This document shows, one piece after another, positions 19,326 through 29,383 of a DNA stretch of 64,000 bases; positions within the stretch are counted from its first letter, which is position 1, and each line of letters opens with the position of its first letter. A program made the position numbers and the translations under genes. Source of the stretch: Treponemataceae bacterium (lineage in GTDB: Bacteria > Spirochaetota > Spirochaetia > Treponematales > Rectinemataceae); contig CAXXVZ010000003.1 in the NCBI GenBank assembly GCA_963678065.2, positions 1,088,001 through 1,152,000 of the forward strand, given 5' to 3'. Under the pieces are notes generated by a model that was not told the origin of the DNA, ran no database searches, and saw only the letters and a program-made list of their open reading frames with translations.

Positions 19326-21065
19326 TCAGCGTTTGCCCGCGAAGAGGGCCGCGATGCGCGCGAAAAGGCCTGGCTTGACGGAGGGAACCACCGCGGAAGC
19401 CGGAGTGGAGGGATGCGCGACGCCGTCTCCCGACGGTTTGCCGGGGCCGCCTTGGCTTCTGTCCGGGGACTGGGCCGCGGGGCGGGGCTGATTTGGCCTG
19501 CCGGCGCCCATCGGGTGCTTCGAAGAATCGGGTCCGACAAGGGGTGCCGGCTCTCCTGCCGGGCGGACGTTTCCGCCCGCCGCGTATTTTTCTCGGTACT
19601 TCCGCATCCGCTCGTCCTGTGACACGGAATACGGATCCCCCCCGCTCCGGACCGGAGCCCCGGTGACCGGCACACTCCGTTTTTCGGGAAATTCCTGTCC
19701 GTGGGCAGTCTGAACGGCTTCGTTCCTGACCTGAGCGTGTCGGGGGCGCGGAGGCTGCTGAGTGCCCCGGCGCTCGGGTTCGCGATCGACTCCGCGTCCG
19801 CCATCCCTCCGTCCGGGGAGCTCCGGGGATCGGCGGCGCGAGTCCTGACCGCCCCGGTCAGGACCGCGTCGGTCGGAACCGGGTCTGTCGTGGCTGTGCC
19901 GGTACTGGATGCGGGCGCTCTTGTCCTCGGGAAGGAGCTCCTCCCCGAAAGACAGCACGGGCACCTTGAATCCGATGAACTTCTCGACCGCGGGCAGACC
20001 GTAGACGAACTTTTCGCAGGCGAGGGTCACCGCCTTGCCCGACTTTCCGGCGCGGGCCGTCCGTCCGATGCGGTGAACGTAGGATTCGGCCTCGTTCGGA
20101 ACGTCGTAGTTGACGACGAGGTCGAGGGCATCGATGTCGAGACCGCGAGCCGCGACATCGGTCGCGACGAGGATCTCGAGCTTGCCCTCTTTGAGGTTGT
20201 TTATGATCGCGAGCCGCTTGCTCTGGGGCAGGTCGCCCATGATGTAGTCGCACTCGATCCCGTTCACGTGGAGGCGACGCGCCACTTCCTCGACCATGTT
20301 CTTCTGGTTGCAGAAGATGATGGCGCTCTTCGGCTTCTCCCGGTCGAGAAGGCCGAGGAGGAGGCGGAACTTCTCGTGGGAGCCGACGTGGTAGAGTTCC
20401 TGGGTCACGAGCTCGACGGTGACGTGTTCGGGCTCGATGACGATCTCCGTGGGCTTGTCCATGTATTCCCAGGCGAGATCCTTGACCCGAAGGCCCAGGG
20501 TGGCGGAGAAGAGGAAGGTCTGGCGGCGGCTCGCCTGGGGGAGATAGCGGAGGAGTCGACGCAAGTCGTCGACGAAGCCCATGTCGAACATCCGGTCGGC
20601 CTCGTCGATGACGAGGAAACCGACCTCGTTGAGCTTCATCCGGCCCTGCTGGAGAAGGTCGGTGATGCGTCCGGGAGTGCCGATGATGAACTGGACATCG
20701 TCCTTCAGCATGTCGAGCTGGGGGCCATATCCGACGCCGCCGTAGAAGGCACCCATTTTGATGCCAAGATATTTGCCGAGGCGGTCCGCCTCTTCTTGTA
20801 TCTGGACGGCGAGTTCGCGCGTGGGCGCGAGGATGAGGGCCTTCTTGTGGCCGAGTTCGGGGACTGTAAGGATGCGCTGAAAAATGGAAACGAGGAAAGC
20901 GGCTGTCTTGCCCGTGCCCGTCTGGGACTGGGCGTAGATGTCTCCGCCCTGGAAAGAGTGGGCGAAGACCTTTTCCTGGATCGGCATGCAGGTGATGTAG
21001 CCGGCCTCGTCGAGGCCCCTCTGCAGGTCGGGAGGAAGATGAAGTTCTGTGAATTGCATGTACAC
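19326..21065 (-). CDS. DEAD-box RNA helicase with disordered basic C-terminal tail
   Basis: SQTGTGKT, PTRELA, DEAD, SAT, HRIGRTAR. Confidence 0.93.
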   Translation of the reverse strand: MYMQFTELHLPPDLQRGLDEAGYITCMPIQEKVFAHSFQGGDIYAQSQTGTGKTAAFLVSIFQRILTVPELGHKKALILAPTRELAVQIQEEADRLGKYLGIKMGAFYGGVGYGPQLDMLKDDVQFIIGTPGRITDLLQQGRMKLNEVGFLVIDEADRMFDMGFVDDLRRLLRYLPQASRRQTFLFSATLGLRVKDLAWEYMDKPTEIVIEPEHVTVELVTQELYHVGSHEKFRLLLGLLDREKPKSAIIFCNQKNMVEEVARRLHVNGIECDYIMGDLPQSKRLAIINNLKEGKLEILVATDVAARGLDIDALDLVVNYDVPNEAESYVHRIGRTARAGKSGKAVTLACEKFVYGLPAVEKFIGFKVPVLSFGEELLPEDKSARIQYRHSHDRPGSDRRGPDRGGQDSRRRSPELPGRRDGGRGVDREPERRGTQQPPRPRHAQVRNEAVQTAHGQEFPEKRSVPVTGAPVRSGGDPYSVSQDERMRKYREKYAAGGNVRPAGEPAPLVGPDSSKHPMGAGRPNQPRPAAQSPDRSQGGPGKPSGDGVAHPSTPASAVVPSVKPGLFARIAALFAGKR

Positions 21066-21293
21066 ACTCGGTTCGTTCTAGGATTTTCTGCTTCTATTAT
21101 AATGGAAACGCCGGAAATTGTAAGGACGTCGCGGGAGGACCCCGGCCCGGCCTCGCCGCGCAAGCGCGACTGTGCTTGTTAAAGCCCGGATGGCGGATTA
21201 TTATGTGTCGAATGGGTACAATCCCGTATCGTAAAGAAACAGACCGGAAATAGCCGCGGAAGGCTCAGGCTGGAAGCGATGCCGCGGGAGCCT

Positions 21294-21341
21294 CCAGAGG
21301 CCATGCCAGAGGCAAAGCCAGAGGTGCAGCCAGAGGCAGTG
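21294..21341 (+). repeat. Four 12-bp tandem direct repeats (CCAGAGG-N5) upstream of pgi
   Basis: ccagaggccatg ccagaggcaaag ccagaggtgcag ccagaggcagtg. Confidence 0.8.
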
Positions 21342-21386
21342 TTTCCAGCATGGCCAGAACGTAAGGCCGCGGGCAAGGAGTCACAC

Positions 21387-22958
21387 ATGATCCAGTTCAA
21401 AGACCTCGACAAGTGTAAATCATACCACGACCTCGCAGCTCTCCCCGTTCCGAGCGTCAACGCCATCCTCGACGCGGGGCGCGTCGCGTCCTGCGACATA
21501 CCTATCGGCGGGGGCCTCACCTACAACTACGCCGCGGCGCCCCTCGATGAAGCGGTTCTCGCCACTCTCGCGGCCCTCGCCTCGGAGCAGCAGCTCGTCG
21601 CCAAATACCGCTCACTCGCCGAAGGCGAAATCATGAATACCGGCGAGGGTCGCATGGTTCTCCACCACCTCGCGCGCGGCCAGCTCGGGGCCACCGTCCT
21701 CGTCGGGGACAGGGACATGAGGGCCTTCTATGAGTCCCAGAGGCTGAAGGCCACACAATTCGCCGAAGCCGTGCACGCAGGCGACATCGTCGGATCGACC
21801 GGCAAGCGCTTCCGGACAGCCGTCCAGATCGGCATCGGCGGCTCCGACCTCGGCCCCCGCGCCCTGTACATCGCCCTCGAACGCCAGGCCCGCGCGGAAG
21901 GCAGCCTCCGCATGGAAGCCCGCTTCATCTCCAATGTCGACCCGGACGACGCGGATGCCCTTCTCGCCAGGCTCGACCTCGCGACCAGCATCTTCATCCT
22001 CGTCTCCAAGAGCGGCACGACCCAGGAAACCCTCGCCAACGAGTGCCTCGTCCGAACGAGGCTCGAAGCGGCGGGGCTCGATCCCGCGAAGCACATGGTC
22101 GCCGTCACGAGCGAGACGAGCCCGCTGGCGAAGAACCCCGCCTACCGCGAAGTCTTCTTCATGGACGACTACATCGGCGGTCGCTACTCCTCGACGAGCG
22201 CCGTCGGCGCTGTCATCCTGAGCCTCGCCTTCGGCGGCGAAACCTTCGCCAGGTTCCTCGAAGGCGCCGCGGATGCCGACCGCGCGGCCATGGAGGAAGA
22301 CATCACGAAGAACGCCGCCCTCCTCGACGCCATGATCGGCCTCTACGAGCGGAATGTCCTCGGCATGGGCTGCACCGCCGTCCTGCCCTATTCGGAAGCC
22401 CTCTCGCGCTTCCCGGCCCACCTCCAGCAGCTCGACATGGAATCCAACGGCAAGAGGGTGAACCGCTCCGGCAGCCCCATCGGCTACTCCACCGGCCCCG
22501 TCGTCTTCGGCGAGCCCGGCACCAACGGCCAGCACTCCTTCTACCAGCTCCTCCACCAGGGGACCGACATAGTGCCTCTCCAGTTCATCGGCTTCCGGAA
22601 GAACCAGCTCTCCTCCGACCTCGAAGTCGAAGGGTCGACGGGCAGGGCCAAGCTCTGCGCCAACCTTGCGGCCCAGATCGTCGCCTTCGCCCGGGGAAAG
22701 GACGATGTGAACCCCAACAAAAAATTTCCCGGCGGCAGGCCCTCGACCCTCGTCCGGGGAGAGAGCCTCGGGGCCAGGGAGCTCGGGGCCCTCCTCGCCT
22801 TCTACGAGAACAAGGTCATGTTCCAGGGCTTTGCGTGGAACATCAACTCCTTCGACCAGGAGGGCGTCCAGCTCGGGAAGCTCCTCGCGAAGAAGGTCCT
22901 CGCAGGCGCGAAGGACGATCCGGTCCTCGCGGCCTACGCCGGGCTCTTCCTCTCCTGA
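21387..22958 (+). CDS. pgi: Glucose-6-phosphate isomerase
   Basis: IGIGGSDLG, SKSGTTQE, GGRYS, GTNGQH, FDQEGVQLGK; AAGGAG SD. Confidence 0.95.
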   Translation: MIQFKDLDKCKSYHDLAALPVPSVNAILDAGRVASCDIPIGGGLTYNYAAAPLDEAVLATLAALASEQQLVAKYRSLAEGEIMNTGEGRMVLHHLARGQLGATVLVGDRDMRAFYESQRLKATQFAEAVHAGDIVGSTGKRFRTAVQIGIGGSDLGPRALYIALERQARAEGSLRMEARFISNVDPDDADALLARLDLATSIFILVSKSGTTQETLANECLVRTRLEAAGLDPAKHMVAVTSETSPLAKNPAYREVFFMDDYIGGRYSSTSAVGAVILSLAFGGETFARFLEGAADADRAAMEEDITKNAALLDAMIGLYERNVLGMGCTAVLPYSEALSRFPAHLQQLDMESNGKRVNRSGSPIGYSTGPVVFGEPGTNGQHSFYQLLHQGTDIVPLQFIGFRKNQLSSDLEVEGSTGRAKLCANLAAQIVAFARGKDDVNPNKKFPGGRPSTLVRGESLGARELGALLAFYENKVMFQGFAWNINSFDQEGVQLGKLLAKKVLAGAKDDPVLAAYAGLFLS

Positions 22959-22970
22959 AGACAGACGAAC

Positions 22971-24209
22971 GTGAAAAACGAGGATTCGGTGGCGACAAAA
23001 AATAATGAAGGCGACCTTTTTGCAGGCGATCCTCTGGTCTCCAGGAGTACGGCTCCCGACATCCCGGGAGCGCCAAAGGCCGGGCCGGTCGTCGCGTTCA
23101 CGGGAGGGGGAACGGGGGGACACATCTACCCGGGACTCGCCGTCATCGAAGCCATGCGCGAACTAGGCTTTGTCGGCCGCGTCGTCTGGATCGGCTCGAA
23201 AAAGGAATCCGACCGGAAGGCGGTGGAGGGTTCGGGAGTGGAGTACATCGCCATTCCCTCGGGCAAGCTCAGACGCACACTCTCGCTCGAGAACCTTGTC
23301 GACTTTTTCAGGGTGGCCGCGGGGTATCTGCGTTCCCGGCGAGTAATGAGACACCTGAAACCCGATCTCCTGTTCTCCAAGGGCGGCTATGTGAGTGTTC
23401 CGCCCTGTCGGGCCGCGGCGCGACTCGGCATCCCCTTCTTCACCCATGAATCAGACCTCAGTCCGGGACTTGCGACGCGGCTCAACTCCCGGCAGGCAGA
23501 GGCCATCTTCACGAGCTACGACCAGACGCGGGACTACCTGCCTGCCGCCCTGCGGGATCGCGTCGTCGCTGTCGGCAACCCCGTGCGCGCCGCTTTCCGC
23601 CGCGCCGACGCCGCGCAGGGACGCCGTTTCCTGAAAGTTCCCGAAGGACTGCCCGTCGTCCTCTTCGTGGGAGGAAGCCAGGGAGCCCGCCAGATCAATG
23701 GAATCGTCGCCGCCATCCTCGGAGCCCTGACGGAAAAAGCCTTCGTGGTCCACCAGACGGGAGAGTCGGCGGGGAGCTTTGCCGGAATGGCGGGCTCGGC
23801 CGCGACGGTGGGCGCCGGGGTGCCGGGGCGCTACGCTCCGTTCGTCTACATCCGGGAGGAAATGCCCGAGGTGCTCGCCGCGGCTGACATAGTCGTCGGC
23901 CGTTCGGGCGCAGGCACACTCTGGGAGTGCTCCGCCCTCGGAAAACCCATGGTCCTCATTCCCCTGTGCGGCTCCGGGACGCGGGGAGACCAGGTCGACA
24001 ACGCCCGCCTCTTCGCCGACGCGGGAGCCGCGAAGGTGCTGGTCGGCGAGGAGGCCAGGCCGGAGGCCGTCCTCGCGGCCATACAGGACTACATCGAGCA
24101 TCCGGAAAAACGCGCAACGGCGGGCCGCGCGGCGTCCGCCCTCGCGGGGGCCGACGCCGCCCGCGAGATCGCGCGCATAATCATCGACAGAGTGGGAGGG
24201 CTTCCATGA
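22971..24209 (+). CDS. murG: UDP-GlcNAc:lipid I GlcNAc transferase (start uncertain)
   Basis: GGGTGGHIYP, GNPVR, GGSQGA, DQVDNA. Confidence 0.93.
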   Translation: MKNEDSVATKNNEGDLFAGDPLVSRSTAPDIPGAPKAGPVVAFTGGGTGGHIYPGLAVIEAMRELGFVGRVVWIGSKKESDRKAVEGSGVEYIAIPSGKLRRTLSLENLVDFFRVAAGYLRSRRVMRHLKPDLLFSKGGYVSVPPCRAAARLGIPFFTHESDLSPGLATRLNSRQAEAIFTSYDQTRDYLPAALRDRVVAVGNPVRAAFRRADAAQGRRFLKVPEGLPVVLFVGGSQGARQINGIVAAILGALTEKAFVVHQTGESAGSFAGMAGSAATVGAGVPGRYAPFVYIREEMPEVLAAADIVVGRSGAGTLWECSALGKPMVLIPLCGSGTRGDQVDNARLFADAGAAKVLVGEEARPEAVLAAIQDYIEHPEKRATAGRAASALAGADAAREIARIIIDRVGGLP

Positions 24210-24802
24210 ATGTTCTGGACTGGATCCTTGCTGCCATCGTCGTTCTTCTCGCCATCCGCTGCCTCGTGCGCGGCTTCGTCAGGGAGGTCGCCTCCATCGC
24301 GGCCGCGATCGTGGGCCTGGCCTGCGCCCTCCTCTTCTTCAAAAAGGTGGGAATCTTCATCGGCTCGAAGATACCCCTGGGGGGATTCGCCGAGTTCGTG
24401 GGCTTTTTCACGGCCTTCCTCGCCGGCTTCATCGTCGTCCTCATCGTCGGAAGACTCCTGCGCGAGGGCTTCGAGGCCGCCCACCTGGAGAAGCTCGACA
24501 GCTTCCTCGGCTTCATCGGCGGAATCGTGGAAGGCATAGTCGTCGCCTCTGTCATCCTGGTGGTGGTCCAGATCCAGCCCCTCTTCGATACGAAAAAAAT
24601 CCTCGCGGAATCCCTGTTCGCGAAAAACATCCTGCCCGTCATCGGCCCCACCGTGGACGCGACCCTGAAGCCCATTCTCGGTTCGGATGGGAAGAAGCTG
24701 CCCACGATCACGCTCCCGAAACTCGTGGCGCCGGAGACGCCGAAGACTGCTCCGGCAAAACCGGCGACTCCGACCAGGACGACGACATCCGTGAAAAAAT
24801 AG
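24206..24802 (+). CDS. cvpA: CvpA-family membrane protein
   Basis: MNVLDWI...RGFVREV...LDSFLGFIGG; ATGA coupling to murG. Confidence 0.85.
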   Translation: MNVLDWILAAIVVLLAIRCLVRGFVREVASIAAAIVGLACALLFFKKVGIFIGSKIPLGGFAEFVGFFTAFLAGFIVVLIVGRLLREGFEAAHLEKLDSFLGFIGGIVEGIVVASVILVVVQIQPLFDTKKILAESLFAKNILPVIGPTVDATLKPILGSDGKKLPTITLPKLVAPETPKTAPAKPATPTRTTTSVKK

Positions 24803-24812
24803 AGGACCCGAC

Positions 24813-26141
24813 GTGTTCGAAAATCTCCTGGCCCAGGACGAAGTCCGCGAGAGGCTGAAATCCGACATCACTCTGGACCGACTCCCCCCCACACTCCTCT
24901 TCACCGGGCCCGCGGGCTCCGGAAAGACGACAGCCGCTCTCGAGCTCGCGCGGGCAGTCTCTTGCACGAAGGGGGCTGCCTGGAACTGCGCCTGCCCCTC
25001 CTGCGCCCGCCATCGGGTCCTCGCCCACCCCGACACCCTCCTTCTGGGAGGGCGGAGTTTTCCCGAGGAGATCGCCGCGGCGGCCCAGATGCTCGACAGG
25101 TCGTGGGGAAAACCCTCACTGTACTTTTTCGTCCGGGCGGTCCGCAAACTTCTCCGGCGCTTCGATCCCATCCTGTTCGCCGGAGAGGAGGCGCGACTCG
25201 CCAAGGCTTCCCCCCTCGTCCGGGAGATCGAGGAAGATCTCGGCCTCTTCACGCTTGAATCGGCGCCGGAGAAGCCCGGGCCTGCCATCTCGAAGGCCGT
25301 GGCCGGAATAGCGGCCGCCTGCGCGAAACTCGAGGCCTTCGCCCCCGACATGCCCCCCGTCTTCATGGTGCGCAACGTGGAATCCTGGTCCCGACTCGCC
25401 CCCTTCGGACGGAGAAAGACGGTGATCATCGAGAACGCGGACCGAATGCAGGATTCGCCGCGCAACGCCCTCCTGAAGATTCTGGAAGAGCCTCCGGAAA
25501 CGGTCCGCTTCGTGCTTTGTACCTCGAGAAGAGGCTCGGTGCTCGCGACCATCCTCTCCCGCTCCCGCACCTACCCATTCAAGGCGAGGAACGCCGCGGA
25601 GACGAAGCTCGTCATCGGAAGGATCTTTCGCTCGGACGAGGAGAGCGCCTCGGTGGAGGATTTCCTCGCGGCGAGACGGAGCTTCACGCCCGCCGCAGCG
25701 GAGGGTCTCGCCCGCAGCTTCCTCGGCGCGGTGCTCTGTACCCTCTCGGCCACCCACAGACTCGACCCGCCCATGGCACGGCTCGCGTCCACCTTCGCCT
25801 CGCAGGGCGAAAGCCGGAACGAAGGAAACTCAGGCGAGGGTTCAGGGCAGAGTCGCGGGGCGGGACAGGGATCGGCAGTCCTCGCGTCCATTCTCGAGTC
25901 GACGGCCGAATTCGGGACGAAGAACGAAAGCTACGCCTCATCCTTCGAGAGCTTCCTCGGCGCCCTCCAGCGCCTCCTGTCGGGACTGCTCGCCGAGCCG
26001 GAAACGGGTCCCGATTCCGTCCGCCTCGCCTCGGCCTGGGCCGAGCTCCTTCGCGACGCGCGCGTCCAGAAACAGACGTACAACCGCTCGCCCTCGCTTC
26101 TCGCCCAGGCGCTGATGTACTCCATGGAGGCCGTCCGGTGA
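24813..26141 (+). CDS. DNA polymerase III delta'-like clamp-loader subunit
   Basis: GPAGSGKT, CACPSC, HPD, NALLKILEEPP, TILSRS. Confidence 0.75.
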   Translation: MFENLLAQDEVRERLKSDITLDRLPPTLLFTGPAGSGKTTAALELARAVSCTKGAAWNCACPSCARHRVLAHPDTLLLGGRSFPEEIAAAAQMLDRSWGKPSLYFFVRAVRKLLRRFDPILFAGEEARLAKASPLVREIEEDLGLFTLESAPEKPGPAISKAVAGIAAACAKLEAFAPDMPPVFMVRNVESWSRLAPFGRRKTVIIENADRMQDSPRNALLKILEEPPETVRFVLCTSRRGSVLATILSRSRTYPFKARNAAETKLVIGRIFRSDEESASVEDFLAARRSFTPAAAEGLARSFLGAVLCTLSATHRLDPPMARLASTFASQGESRNEGNSGEGSGQSRGAGQGSAVLASILESTAEFGTKNESYASSFESFLGALQRLLSGLLAEPETGPDSVRLASAWAELLRDARVQKQTYNRSPSLLAQALMYSMEAVR

Positions 26142-27328
26142 GGCGTTTCGTCGAAAGGGCCCTGGCCAAATCCTCCAAGATGACGCCGGAGCAGCTCAGG
26201 GGCCTCCTCATCGCCCTCGCGGAGGAGAACGCACAGCTCGACGCGGCCCTCGACTCCATGCTGGACGGCATCATCGTCTGCGACCTCGCCCACCACCCCA
26301 TCATCTTCAACAAGTCGGCGGAGCGCATCCTGCGGTTTTCCGTCGTCGATCCGACGGACAGACCTCTCTGGCTCGGCATTCCCGACAGCGAACTGGCCAC
26401 CTTCTTCCGGGACAGCCTGACCTCCGAGGACACCGTCCTTGGGCGGGAGTTCGGGCTCGACTCGGGATCGGGCTCGACGCGCGTCATCGCCGCGAGCATC
26501 ACGCCTCTCATCTCCTCGAAGAAGACGATCGCGGGGACCCTCATCCACCTCGACGACATCACCGAGAAGCGCAGACGGGAAGGCCAGCTCCGCAGGGCGG
26601 AGAGCCTCGCCTCCCTCACGACCCTCGCGGCCGGCGTGGCCCACGAGATCAAGAACCCCTTAGGATCGATCAGCATCCACATCCAGCTCATCAAGCGGGC
26701 CCTCAAAGCCCGTAGTCGCCCTGACATAGCCTCGGTCAACCGCCATCTCGGCGTGGTGGACGAAGAGATCGAGAGGCTCAACAAGATCGTCGTCGACTTC
26801 CTCTTCGCGGTGAGACCGATGGACATCCAGCTCATCCTCTCCGACCCGCGCGATCTCATGCGGGAAGTGGCCGAACTCATGCGCTACGAGGCCGAGAAGA
26901 ACGACGTCGAGCTCGTGGTAGAAATCCCTGACAAGATTCCTCTCATCCCTCTCGACAAGCGCTACCTCAAGCAGGCTGTCCTCAACCTCGTCAGCAACGC
27001 CCTTGCAGCCATGCCCGAGGGAGGAAAACTCGTCCTCGCGGTCTCGGGAGACGACAACGAGGTGAAGTTACGCGTGGAGGATACGGGTGTGGGCATCCCC
27101 GAGGACAAACTCTCCAAGATCTTCGAGCCCTACTACAGCACGAAGGAGAACGGCACGGGTCTCGGCCTGACGATAACCTTCAAGATCGTGAAGGAGCACT
27201 CAGGAGAGATCGCCGTCAGCTCCAAACCATCGCAGGGGACGATCTTCACCATCACCCTGCCCGTTCCGCAGAAAGACCGCAAGCTGCTCGGGCGCGCGGA
27301 GAGCGGCGCCGTGGCGGCGAGGGAATGA
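26138..27328 (+). CDS. PAS sensor histidine kinase (Hk2/NtrB-like)
   Basis: AHEIKNPL H-box, N/G1/F/G2 boxes; GTG overlaps the upstream stop. Confidence 0.9.
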   Translation: MRRFVERALAKSSKMTPEQLRGLLIALAEENAQLDAALDSMLDGIIVCDLAHHPIIFNKSAERILRFSVVDPTDRPLWLGIPDSELATFFRDSLTSEDTVLGREFGLDSGSGSTRVIAASITPLISSKKTIAGTLIHLDDITEKRRREGQLRRAESLASLTTLAAGVAHEIKNPLGSISIHIQLIKRALKARSRPDIASVNRHLGVVDEEIERLNKIVVDFLFAVRPMDIQLILSDPRDLMREVAELMRYEAEKNDVELVVEIPDKIPLIPLDKRYLKQAVLNLVSNALAAMPEGGKLVLAVSGDDNEVKLRVEDTGVGIPEDKLSKIFEPYYSTKENGTGLGLTITFKIVKEHSGEIAVSSKPSQGTIFTITLPVPQKDRKLLGRAESGAVAARE

Positions 27329-27329
27329 C

Positions 27330-28697
27330 ATGCTCTACACGATTCTGATAATCGACGACGAGAAGAACATCCGCGAAGGGCTGGCCGAATACCTCGCGGG
27401 CGACGGCTACCGGACCCAGATCGCGGGCGACGGCGAGGAAGCCATGAAGATCATCGAGTCGGGCGACATCGACCTCGTCATCACCGACTTGCGGATGCCC
27501 AGGCTCTCAGGGCGGGAAGTGCTTGCGAAGGTGGCCTCGCGCTATCCGGGACTACCCGTCATCGTGCTCACGGGCCACGGCACCATCGAGGACGCGGTCG
27601 CAGCCATGCGGGGCGGAGCCTTCGACTTTCTGACAAAACCCGTCAACATCGACCACCTCTCCCTCCTCGTCAAGCGCGCCCTCGAGAGCCGGGAACTCGC
27701 CCGGAAAAACCGGGAGCTCGAGGCCGAGGTCGAAGTCCAGCGCAGCACGAGTTCCATCATCGGATCGAGCGAGGCGATGAAAAAAATCTTCGACCTCGTG
27801 CGCAAGGTCGCGCCGACGAAGGCCTCTGTCCTCATCACCGGTGAATCGGGCGTCGGCAAGGAACTCGTCGCGGACGCCATCCACAACCTCTCCCCCAGGC
27901 GCGACAAGCCCTTCATCAAGGTCCACTGCGCGGCCCTCGCGGAAACCCTCCTCGAGAGTGAGCTTTTCGGCCACGAGAAGGGCGCCTTCACGGGAGCCCA
28001 GGCCAAGAAACGCGGACGCTTCGAGCTCGCCCACGAGGGGACCCTCTTCCTCGACGAGATCGGGGAGATCAACCAGAACGTCCAGATCAAAATCCTGCGC
28101 GTCCTCCAGGAAAAGAAGTTCGAGCGTGTCGGCGGCGAGAGCACGGTGGAGGTCGACGTCAGGGTCGTCGCGGCCACCAACCGCGACCTCAAGAAGGAAA
28201 TCGCCGAGGGACGGTTCCGCGAGGACCTGTATTACCGGCTCGACGTCGTCAACATCCACATCCCCCCCCTGCGCGAGCGGAGGGACGATATTCCCCTTCT
28301 CGCCATGGCCTTCCTGCGGGAATTCGCCCAGGAAAACGGAAAGAAGCTCGATGGCTTCGAGCCCAAGGCGCGGCAGCTCCTCTACGCCTACCCCTGGCCG
28401 GGCAATGTCAGGGAATTGCGCAACTGCATCGAGAGCTCCGTCGTCATGGCGGCCGGCCCCCTCCTCATGGTGGACGACCTGCCGCCCGGCATCAGGATCT
28501 CGGGAGAAAACCACGATCTGCGCCTGCCCGTCGGCTCGTCGCTCGCGGACGCGGAGAAGCTCCTCATCCGCGAGACCCTCGCCGCCAACGGAGGAAACAA
28601 GAGCAGGACGGCCGAAATCCTCGGGATTGGCCGGAAGACGCTCTATCAGAAGATCGAAGATTACGGCATCGAGGAAAAACCGGCCGCCTCGCAGTGA
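27330..28697 (+). CDS. Sigma54-dependent response regulator (Rrp2/NtrC-like)
   Basis: REC, GESGVGKE, GAFTGA, WPGNVREL, Fis-type HTH. Confidence 0.93.
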   Translation: MLYTILIIDDEKNIREGLAEYLAGDGYRTQIAGDGEEAMKIIESGDIDLVITDLRMPRLSGREVLAKVASRYPGLPVIVLTGHGTIEDAVAAMRGGAFDFLTKPVNIDHLSLLVKRALESRELARKNRELEAEVEVQRSTSSIIGSSEAMKKIFDLVRKVAPTKASVLITGESGVGKELVADAIHNLSPRRDKPFIKVHCAALAETLLESELFGHEKGAFTGAQAKKRGRFELAHEGTLFLDEIGEINQNVQIKILRVLQEKKFERVGGESTVEVDVRVVAATNRDLKKEIAEGRFREDLYYRLDVVNIHIPPLRERRDDIPLLAMAFLREFAQENGKKLDGFEPKARQLLYAYPWPGNVRELRNCIESSVVMAAGPLLMVDDLPPGIRISGENHDLRLPVGSSLADAEKLLIRETLAANGGNKSRTAEILGIGRKTLYQKIEDYGIEEKPAASQ

Positions 28698-28801
28698 GTC
28701 CTGAGGGCTTTCTGCCGGGGCGCAGGGCTCCGGGAGCATCGTCGCCCGCCCCAGGGATGACCGGGCTTCGTGACATTTATGTGACCTCATGGAGGTGGAA
28801 T

Positions 28802-29383
28802 ATGGAAATACTGCCCGAATTGCAGGAACGGAGGGCGCGCCGCTCTCTGAAAGAAGAAGCTCTGCCCGCCGAAGTCCTCGAAAGGCTCGCGAAGGCGGCG
28901 GTTCTGGCTCCCTCCTGTTTCAACAACCAGCCCTGGAGGCTCGTCTTCGTCTCGCGCTCGACCTCCCCTGAAAAGCACGCCGCAGTCGGCGCGGCCCTCA
29001 CGGCGGGCAACGCCTGGGCCCTCACGGCGCCGGCCTACTGCATCCTGTGCACGAAGCCCTCACTCGACTGTCGCCTCGACGAAGGCAGGGATTACGCCGC
29101 CTTCGATCTCGGACAGGCAGCGCTGGCCCTTCAGCTCCAGGCCTGGAAGGAAGGGTTGACCGCCCACCCCATGGCCGGTTTCTCGGTAAAAAAAGTCAAA
29201 TCGGCCCTCGGCGTTCCCGAGGACATGCTCGCCTTGTGCATGGTGGCCATCGGGTATCGCGGCCAGCCGGAAGACCTTCCCGAAGCCATGCGCGAGAGGG
29301 AAAGGGAGGGCAGATCGCGCAAACCCCTCGGAGAGACTGTCTTTCTGGACGCCTTCGGCTCCCCCTTCCCTACCAGAGAATGA
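28802..29383 (+). CDS. Nitroreductase family protein
   Basis: RRARR, APSCFNNQPW, D.G.A...L.L.A...GL, SRKPL. Confidence 0.88.
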   Translation: MEILPELQERRARRSLKEEALPAEVLERLAKAAVLAPSCFNNQPWRLVFVSRSTSPEKHAAVGAALTAGNAWALTAPAYCILCTKPSLDCRLDEGRDYAAFDLGQAALALQLQAWKEGLTAHPMAGFSVKKVKSALGVPEDMLALCMVAIGYRGQPEDLPEAMREREREGRSRKPLGETVFLDAFGSPFPTRE

